DNA of 39,981 nucleotides from a virus: IMG/VR virus record IMGVR_UViG_3300045988_134362, positions 1 to 39,981 of that record; one strand, 5' to 3'. Shown piece by piece: positions 34,615 to 39,981 of this stretch (position 1 is its first letter; each line of letters starts with the position of its first letter). The notes under the pieces were generated by a model. It saw only the letters and a program-made list of their open reading frames with translations, ran no database searches and was not told where the DNA came from. The position numbers and the translations under genes were made by a program.

Positions 34615-35106
34615 TCACTTAATGCTTACTGTCGGTTTTCTTACAAGCTCACAACCTGCGACCTTTTCACCTTGTTTTAAAAGTTTACAGATTTCTGTTT
34701 TGTTCGGGGTGTAAGTCACTTTTATAAATTTGTCCGGTATAGCTTTTTCATCGATGATATTCACGCTTTCTCGTCCTTTGTTAAATTTAACTTTTACCTT
34801 AGGGGTATCAACGTTTACACCAAACGCATATGTCATTAGATAATTTTTGCTGCGTTCTGCTTCCGCTTTATGATGTCGCATGCGTTTAGTAAGGCGGTCT
34901 ATTTCCGCTTTTATCTTGTCTGCTTCTGACTCTTCGTTTTTATAGTAGATACCGATATTTTTCACTTTGTTTTCTATGTCGTCTCGCAAGGCGACAAGTG
35001 CTCCAAAATCAAGCTCACTTCCTTTGATTTCCCCTGTTTCTGTATCTACAACCTCATTGATTAACGCTCTGTATTCATTAGATAATTCATATAATGGTCT
35101 ATACAT
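34615..35106 (-). CDS. hypothetical protein (163 aa), possibly siphovirus Gp157-like recombination-associated protein
   Basis: Coiled-coil N-terminus. Position immediately upstream of ERF, as with Gp157 homologues. Confidence 0.3.
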   Translation of the reverse strand: MYRPLYELSNEYRALINEVVDTETGEIKGSELDFGALVALRDDIENKVKNIGIYYKNEESEADKIKAEIDRLTKRMRHHKAEAERSKNYLMTYAFGVNVDTPKVKVKFNKGRESVNIIDEKAIPDKFIKVTYTPNKTEICKLLKQGEKVAGCELVRKPTVSIK

Positions 35107-35120
35107 TTCATTTCTCCTTT

Positions 35121-35567
35121 TTAAAACGGCATTTTTTTATCGGGATCTTCCATCTCTTCAAACGCTTTTTTGTCCATATTGTCAATCACTCTTGTTATTT
35201 CTTCTTCGATGGATGTGATGTAGTAGCCTATCGTTGTTGTTACAGTTTTTGCTCTTAACGGATAACCTGTCGGATCAATAGGTGTTACAGATAATTTCAG
35301 TGACGGCTCATAAAATTTATCAAATCCATCTTGTGTTAACTTCACATCAACAACTACATCAAATTTAGTTCCCTGTCTTTCCATGCGTCCTTTTACCTGT
35401 TCAATAAATACACGGTCACGCAAAAACACATCGCCACCTGTTAAGTTGTAAAGCGTGGTATACAGCACTCTTCCGCCGTTATCCTCGAATATTTTTTCTA
35501 AAGCAATAAGCAATTTGTTGTTGACTATTTCTATTGTTCTTGATAAATTTTCAAAATGATATTCCAT
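35121..35567 (-). CDS. hypothetical early protein (148 aa)
   Basis: ORF with AAGGAG RBS 7 nt upstream. Confidence 0.4.
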   Translation of the reverse strand: MEYHFENLSRTIEIVNNKLLIALEKIFEDNGGRVLYTTLYNLTGGDVFLRDRVFIEQVKGRMERQGTKFDVVVDVKLTQDGFDKFYEPSLKLSVTPIDPTGYPLRAKTVTTTIGYYITSIEEEITRVIDNMDKKAFEEMEDPDKKMPF

Positions 35568-35646
35568 CTTTTTTCTCCTTGTGATATAATATCGGTAGTA
35601 ATAAAAATGTATTTCATTTTTAGTTACTCCTTTTTGAAAGGGAACG

Positions 35647-35886
35647 TTAAGCTTTGTGCTTGCGTTCCTTTTTTATTTTTCTGTTAAACCAAATTTTGAC
35701 TATCTTATATCCAAACATTGGCGTTATAGTTCCAATATCAATAATTTGTACTCGTTTCTTTTTGCCCGTAATACCTGCGGTAGATTCAATGACATCTCCA
35801 ATCTTTGGAATTTCTTCGCCATCGTTTATTTTTAAGCACGTTTCGCCGATATTAGGGGCTAATTTAATTTCCATCCCTTTTGCCAT
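35647..35886 (-). CDS. hypothetical early protein (79 aa, basic C-terminus)
   Basis: ORF. A terminator-like hairpin overlaps its 3' end. Confidence 0.35.
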   Translation of the reverse strand: MAKGMEIKLAPNIGETCLKINDGEEIPKIGDVIESTAGITGKKKRVQIIDIGTITPMFGYKIVKIWFNRKIKKERKHKA

Positions 35887-35930
35887 GTTTACTCATCCTT
35901 TGAAGTTTTTCTATTCATTTTTATTACTCC

Positions 35931-36251
35931 TTATTGTTTTCTTTCTAAGTAAATATAAATTGTTTGTCCTGGCTGTACTGCACTTGGATTAGATATCTTA
36001 TTGTCTTCAAGTATCTTGTATACAACCTCTCTTACATCATCGTTTGATGTAGATACGTTACTTGCCACGTCCCAAATCGTATCACCTACTTGTAAGGTGT
36101 AGCTGTGTCTGACAAGTCCATCTGTAGTAGTTACTGCATAGCTTTTTGTGCTGTAACACATATAACCGATACAGATAATAGCTACTATCCACGTAAACAC
36201 CACTGCTACGTTATCCCATTTGATACGCCGTAAAATGCTTTTCTTTACCAT
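35931..36251 (-). CDS. membrane-anchored LysM-domain protein (106 aa)
   Basis: N-terminal TM helix (VAVVFTWIVAIICIGYM), then LysM pattern YTLQVGDTIWDVAS ... ISNPSAVQPGQTIYI. Confidence 0.55.
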   Translation of the reverse strand: MVKKSILRRIKWDNVAVVFTWIVAIICIGYMCYSTKSYAVTTTDGLVRHSYTLQVGDTIWDVASNVSTSNDDVREVVYKILEDNKISNPSAVQPGQTIYIYLERKQ

Positions 36252-36547
36252 GTTTCCACCTCCTCCGCAAGCTCACTACAAGCAACTGACGCTATACGAT
36301 TTAATCGACCCTTTAATCGTTGTATCTCGCTTTTTAGTTTCTTGTTTTCTTTCTTTAGCTTTTTTTCTTCTTCCGTTTCTTTGTTTAACTCTTCGCCGAT
36401 AAGACGTTCTACTTCGTCCTGCGTAAACCTCATAGGTCTTAAATTCTTAATACATTTAATCTGTCCTGTTTTTTCGTATTTATATATCGTGTTTGTGGCA
36501 ACGTTCATTATCTCGGCAAGCTCTTGTACTGTATATAGCTTTTTCAT
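36245..36547 (-). CDS. excisionase/MerR-family HTH protein with C-terminal leucine-zipper-like coiled coil (100 aa)
   Basis: YTVQELAEIMNVATNTIYKYEKTGQIKCIKNLRPMRFTQDEVERLI fits the excisionase-family DNA-binding domain. Confidence 0.5.
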   Translation of the reverse strand: MKKLYTVQELAEIMNVATNTIYKYEKTGQIKCIKNLRPMRFTQDEVERLIGEELNKETEEEKKLKKENKKLKSEIQRLKGRLNRIASVACSELAEEVETW

Positions 36548-36549
36548 TT

Positions 36550-37308
36550 TTAATTTCCTAAGAATTTGTTAATAAAATATTGTTGCCCTTTCCCTGTAAC
36601 TTTAGTTGTTTTGGTGGTTACGTTTACTCCGTCTCCATTAATGTAAGTTCCTTCTTTAACCTTGAACAATCCCATCTCCATCGCTCTTTGTGTCGGCATG
36701 TTTCGGCTTTCTGTTCCTTTCATAAGGAATCCGTTTTCGCGCAACCACGCAAACAATCTCTTCTGTCCGATGTTTATTCCGTTACCTCGCAATATCTTTG
36801 CTAAGTCTCCTACTAAAATGGAGCTGTTACTGTCTGATACCGCATCAGCAAATAAGACCTTTGGTCTGTTCTGTATAATGGTTTCTTCCGCCTTGATTCT
36901 TGCTTGTTTTTCTTTCTTGAGTTCTGCAGCAAGGCGAATAATGAAGTCGGGGTCAGTTAACGTCTTTTCAATCGTTTCTGGTGTCATATATGCACCGTGT
37001 TTACGAATGGTAGGTAATATGTCGTGTGTCACCCAACGTTTAAATTGATGTGCTTCCGGCTTACGGCTAGAGAGTACTAATGCGTATAACCCATATTCAT
37101 TGACAGTTGCATAGTTTCTGTTTTGCCTGCCGTCACTTAAAGTTACATCAGCTTTTTCATCCGCATCTAATCGTGTTAACGCTTTTCTCGAATTGCTAAG
37201 TCCTAGACATTCACAAACATCTTTTGCTACAAACCATGTTTGATTGTTTTTCTGTACTACTCGTAAATTTCCAAATGTGTTATTTTTAAATACTTGTAAA
37301 TTATTCAT
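36550..37308 (-). CDS. phage antirepressor (Bro-N N-terminal domain plus KilA-C/AntA C-terminal domain)
   Basis: FKNNTFGNLRVVQKNNQTWFVAKDVCECLG (Bro-N) and C-terminal ..ILRGNGINIGQKRLFAWLRENGFL.. (KilA-C). Confidence 0.85.
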   Translation of the reverse strand: MNNLQVFKNNTFGNLRVVQKNNQTWFVAKDVCECLGLSNSRKALTRLDADEKADVTLSDGRQNRNYATVNEYGLYALVLSSRKPEAHQFKRWVTHDILPTIRKHGAYMTPETIEKTLTDPDFIIRLAAELKKEKQARIKAEETIIQNRPKVLFADAVSDSNSSILVGDLAKILRGNGINIGQKRLFAWLRENGFLMKGTESRNMPTQRAMEMGLFKVKEGTYINGDGVNVTTKTTKVTGKGQQYFINKFLGN

Positions 37309-37350
37309 TGTGTCATCTCCTTTTTATAAGATTTCGTTTTCTTGTTAAAA

Positions 37351-37566
37351 TTAAACATTAAATATCGTGTTGTTCTTTAAAAAAATTTCTTCTACGGTTA
37401 AATTGGTATTCAATGCTTTTTTTACTCTAATACATTCATTAAACGTAAACGGGGCATCCCCGTTAATCTTATTAAGAAATGTACTATAAGGGATATCACA
37501 CTTTTTAGAAAACGTTTTTTTGCTCATTCCCAATCTAGCTATTTCCGCATTGAGTGTTGGATACAT
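37351..37566 (-). CDS. Cro-like XRE-family HTH regulator (71 aa)
   Basis: HTH (MSKKTFSKKCDIPYSTFLNKINGD). Divergent from the CI-like gene. AGGAGGG RBS. Confidence 0.65.
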   Translation of the reverse strand: MYPTLNAEIARLGMSKKTFSKKCDIPYSTFLNKINGDAPFTFNECIRVKKALNTNLTVEEIFLKNNTIFNV

Positions 37567-37609
37567 ATTTCGCCCTCCTTTCTAAACGATATTTCGTTTT
37601 GTTGATTAT

Positions 37610-37687
37610 ATATTAACACGGTATTTTGTTTTTTGCAAGCGTTTTTGATAAAAAAATGTTGAAATACCGTTTTTTGTATGATATTAT
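37610..37687. promoter_or_regulatory. lysis-lysogeny switch region: divergent promoters (leftward TTGCAA-17-TAATAT, rightward TTGAAA-17-TATTAT) with 9-bp inverted half-sites ACGGTATTT (37618-37626) / AAATACCGT (37662-37670)
   Basis: Hexamers and inverted repeat read directly. The half-sites overlap the spacer of the leftward promoter and the -35 of the rightward promoter. Confidence 0.45.
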
Positions 37688-37712
37688 CAGTAATATAAGG
37701 GTGGTGTTAAAT

Positions 37713-38048
37713 ATGACAAGGGAACAATATTTAAGAGAAAAAATAGAGTCTTTAGGTAATATTAAAGATTTTGCGTTAAAAATTGATATGCCATATTCAA
37801 CGCTATTATCTATTTTAAAAAACGTAGGCGGAGCATCTATAGATAATATCCTTAAAATATGCAAAGGGTTAAATATTACTGCCGATACATTAGAAAGTAT
37901 AAGCACCACAAAAGATACAAAAGAACCTACTGTAGAAATAGAAGATATTCTTTCTACTGCTACATATATGACATATGGCGGTAAAGAATTGAGCGATAAA
38001 GAAAAGAAACAAATTAGAAATATATTAAAAACAATTCTCGAGGAATAG
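37713..38048 (+). CDS. CI/ImmR-like XRE-family HTH repressor (112 aa from ATG 37713)
   Basis: HTH (LREKIESLGNIKDFALKIDMPYSTLLSILKN). AAGGGTGGTG RBS 6 nt before ATG 37713. The TTG start at 37626 in the ORF track is unlikely. Confidence 0.7.
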   Translation: MTREQYLREKIESLGNIKDFALKIDMPYSTLLSILKNVGGASIDNILKICKGLNITADTLESISTTKDTKEPTVEIEDILSTATYMTYGGKELSDKEKKQIRNILKTILEE

Positions 38049-38049
38049 T

Positions 38050-38502
38050 ATGAAACGTATGTATCCTTTAGTATTGGATATAGTAAGACAATATGAAACA
38101 AACAACCCGTATGAATTATGCAAATTTATGAACATATCCGTTGTTCATACAGATAGCATTGACTCATACGGACTATTGGTTAAAGTGTTAAATAAAAAGA
38201 TTATATTAATACATTCGGATTTAGATAATAATCAACGTAGTGTGGTGCTTGCTCACGAATTAGGACACGTGATACTTCACAAAGGCGGATATCATTTATT
38301 TGATATACATAAACTATCTGTTTCTAAGCAAGACAAAAAAGAGTATGAATCTAATAAATTTGCCTTTCTGCTCATAGCTCATACGTGCTTAAGAAACAAC
38401 CCAACTATGATAGATAGTATCAAGGGCGAGAAAACACTTACACTTAAAGATACATTAGAGTTGTTAAAAACATTTAGCAAAGAAAGCTGTTTTATAAGAT
38501 AG
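38050..38502 (+). CDS. ImmA/IrrE-family zinc metallopeptidase (COG2856), partner of the repressor
   Basis: LAHELGHVILH plus ESNKFAFLLI (ExxxFAxxLL) signature. Overlaps the repressor stop. Confidence 0.85.
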   Translation: MKRMYPLVLDIVRQYETNNPYELCKFMNISVVHTDSIDSYGLLVKVLNKKIILIHSDLDNNQRSVVLAHELGHVILHKGGYHLFDIHKLSVSKQDKKEYESNKFAFLLIAHTCLRNNPTMIDSIKGEKTLTLKDTLELLKTFSKESCFIR

Positions 38503-38510
38503 GAGTAAAT

Positions 38511-38669
38511 ATGGAAATCATAATGCTTATTATCGGGGTTGCAGTAAATATTATAATGCTACCTATTATAATTATTAATTTTTTAATACACGCAATTGTT
38601 GTCGGTGTTGTTTGTGTTTCGGAATTAATCAGCAGAATGTTTAACAGCTCAAAACGTGAGGATATATAA
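38511..38669 (+). CDS. 52-aa hydrophobic peptide (MEIIMLIIGVAVNIIMLPIIIINFLIHAIVVGVVCVSELISRMFNSSKREDI)
   Basis: Not in the ORF track. AGGAG RBS 5 nt upstream. One or two TM helices. Confidence 0.4.
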   Translation: MEIIMLIIGVAVNIIMLPIIIINFLIHAIVVGVVCVSELISRMFNSSKREDI

Positions 38670-38671
38670 AA

Positions 38672-38794
38672 ATGGTATTTATTTTAAAGGTGTTATTGTT
38701 TTTGAATGAATGCGGAATGGTATTAACCGCTTTAGCATTTTTAGCTATTATTTGTTTAATGATTAGGCAAAAAATAAATAAAAATAAACAATAG
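38672..38794 (+). CDS. 40-aa hydrophobic peptide (MVFILKVLLFLNECGMVLTALAFLAIICLMIRQKINKNKQ)
   Basis: Not in the ORF track. GAGGA 9 nt upstream. TM helix plus basic tail. Confidence 0.35.
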   Translation: MVFILKVLLFLNECGMVLTALAFLAIICLMIRQKINKNKQ

Positions 38795-38918
38795 TTAAAT
38801 TAATCAAGATGTCGGCAACAGTCAACTATTAGTTGATAGTTCAATGTGTACGATAAAAAATAGCTCGTCATGTGACAATACATGCGAGCTTTTAATTTAT
38901 GTAAAAGGAGTAATGACT

Positions 38919-39981
38919 ATGGGATTACAAATTAATTTTACTATCAGAAAAAAAGATAATGGATACCAGTTAATCGGCTCTTATAAGGTCGGTAGAAATT
39001 GGAAACAGAAAAGCAAACAAGGATTTAAAACAAAAGTAGAAGCTAAAGCATATCAAGCGACCATGATAAAAGAACTAGAACAATTATCAGGACTTACAAC
39101 AGACAAAACACTACTTAACATTACATTAGGGGAGTTTTTAGAACAGATTTATCTAAGAGATAAAAATAACTCTTTATCGGAAACAACGATAAAAACATAT
39201 CAAACTATCACGAACATAATAAAAGAATTAAGAGACAAAAGAATGGTAGATATTTGTTATCAAGATATAACTAAACAAATACATGTATTAACAGAAAAAT
39301 ATAGCATTGGGACAATAAATAGATGTATCTCTATATTAAAATTGCTAATAAACCACGCTGTAAAACACAAAATATTAAAAGAGAATCCCGCAAAACAAAT
39401 TTCATATATTAAAGACAAAAGAGTAGAAAAGCGTATTTCTTTAGATAATGACACATACAACAAGCTATTGAATGCACTTAAACCTAAAGAAAAAATTGTC
39501 CACTTATATATATTAGTTGCCATGCAAACAGGAATGAGAAAAAGTGAAATAGCAGGTCTTACATGGCAAGATATAAATTTTGAAGAAAACTCAATTAAAA
39601 TTAACAAACAATATATTTTAAATAAATTTGCACCCGTAAAAAACAAATACGGAAATAGGGTTATTCCCATTCCTAAAACACTTACCGCATTGTTTATCTA
39701 CTGGAAAGGGGAACAAAACCCACAAGATTATAAATCTCGTATATTTCATAAAGGCTGTTCAGCAGGTTATCCAAATCAAATAATGCGGAAAATTATAGGT
39801 AAAAAATATTCCATGCACTCACTAAGACATACATATGCAACAAGATTATTGTCACATGGTGCAGATATAAAAACTGTATCCGCTTTATTAGGGGATACAG
39901 TGCCAACGGTCATAGAAAATTATGTACATTATACCGATGACATGCGTAAACAAGCATCAAATATAATTAATAATATATTTT
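38919..39981 (+). CDS. int: tyrosine recombinase/integrase; last 18 codons and stop lie at 1-57, so the gene is complete only across the junction
   Basis: AAAGGAG 8 nt before ATG 38919. C-terminal catalytic-domain motifs (R in GMRKSEIAGL, HSLRHTYATRLL, tyrosine in NYVHYT). N-terminal SAM-like arm-binding domain. Confidence 0.9.
   Translation, partial: MGLQINFTIRKKDNGYQLIGSYKVGRNWKQKSKQGFKTKVEAKAYQATMIKELEQLSGLTTDKTLLNITLGEFLEQIYLRDKNNSLSETTIKTYQTITNIIKELRDKRMVDICYQDITKQIHVLTEKYSIGTINRCISILKLLINHAVKHKILKENPAKQISYIKDKRVEKRISLDNDTYNKLLNALKPKEKIVHLYILVAMQTGMRKSEIAGLTWQDINFEENSIKINKQYILNKFAPVKNKYGNRVIPIPKTLTALFIYWKGEQNPQDYKSRIFHKGCSAGYPNQIMRKIIGKKYSMHSLRHTYATRLLSHGADIKTVSALLGDTVPTVIENYVHYTDDMRKQASNIINNIF
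39927..39981. repeat. right copy of the 55-bp terminal direct repeat (equals 1-55)
   Basis: Exact identity with 1-55. Confidence 0.9.

Noticed and set aside
35568-35660. 28-aa upstream ORF (MKYIFITTDIISQGEKRWNIILKIYQEQ) with AAAGGAG RBS overlapping the start of 35121..35567, plus hairpin GGAACG/CGTTCC
   Set aside because: Could be a leader peptide, but nothing beyond an RBS-like sequence supports it. More likely a terminator hairpin plus a chance ORF.
37613-38101. 162-aa minus-strand ORF antisense to the CI-like repressor
   Set aside because: Hydrophobic low-complexity product. Overlaps the switch region and a well-supported HTH gene.
39260-39670. 136-aa minus-strand ORF inside the integrase gene
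   Set aside because: Antisense to conserved integrase catalytic-domain sequence. AT-rich shadow ORF.
1-39981. Possibility that the 55-bp repeats are attL/attR of an integrated prophage with host flanks
   Set aside because: The window starts and ends exactly at the repeat boundaries and the integrase ORF is only completed across the junction. There is no host DNA, so circular or assembly-overlap closure is the simpler explanation.
1-39981. Search for CRISPR arrays, rRNA, tRNA, reverse transcriptase or DGR elements
   Set aside because: No regularly spaced repeats, no rRNA-like segments and no RT motifs seen. A short tRNA cannot be fully excluded by eye, but none was evident in the intergenic regions (696-960, 26099-26375, 38795-38918).

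Overview
The window reads as one essentially complete temperate phage genome of about 39.9 kb. Bases 1-55 are identical to 39927-39981, and a tyrosine-integrase ORF starting at 38919 runs through the right copy and is completed, in frame, by the left copy (stop TGA at 55-57). Strong AGGAG-type ribosome-binding sites, sigma-A-like promoters and low GC point to a Firmicutes-type host. Most genes are on the minus strand, transcribed from 37566 down to 405. In order they are: a Cro-like HTH; a Bro-N/KilA-C antirepressor; and an early replication and recombination module (ERF single-strand annealing protein, HNH nuclease, replisome organizer with iteron-like repeats inside the gene, DnaC-like loader, SSB, beta-class DNA methyltransferase, Lar-family restriction-alleviation protein, RusA resolvase, ArpU-family late regulator). 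Then comes a late operon with terS, terL, portal, scaffold and capsid, followed by a gene order typical of T7-like podoviruses (196-aa tail tubular A-like, 911-aa tail tubular B-like, internal virion proteins including a 745-aa lytic-transglycosylase protein and a 2453-aa giant protein, tail fibre), and then holin and an amidase endolysin. The plus strand carries (a) a four-gene cassette (26376-27953) with its own consensus promoter and a bidirectional terminator, wedged between the late regulator gene and the late operon, (b) a CI-like HTH repressor plus ImmA/IrrE metallopeptidase, two tiny hydrophobic peptides, and the integrase. No rRNA, tRNA or CRISPR array was recognised. The most interesting items are the unexplained plus-strand cassette, the giant internal virion protein with a glycine-zipper membrane segment and an HExxH motif, a T7-like virion module in a temperate low-GC phage, and a promoter-hairpin-U-tract arrangement in the late-operon leader.
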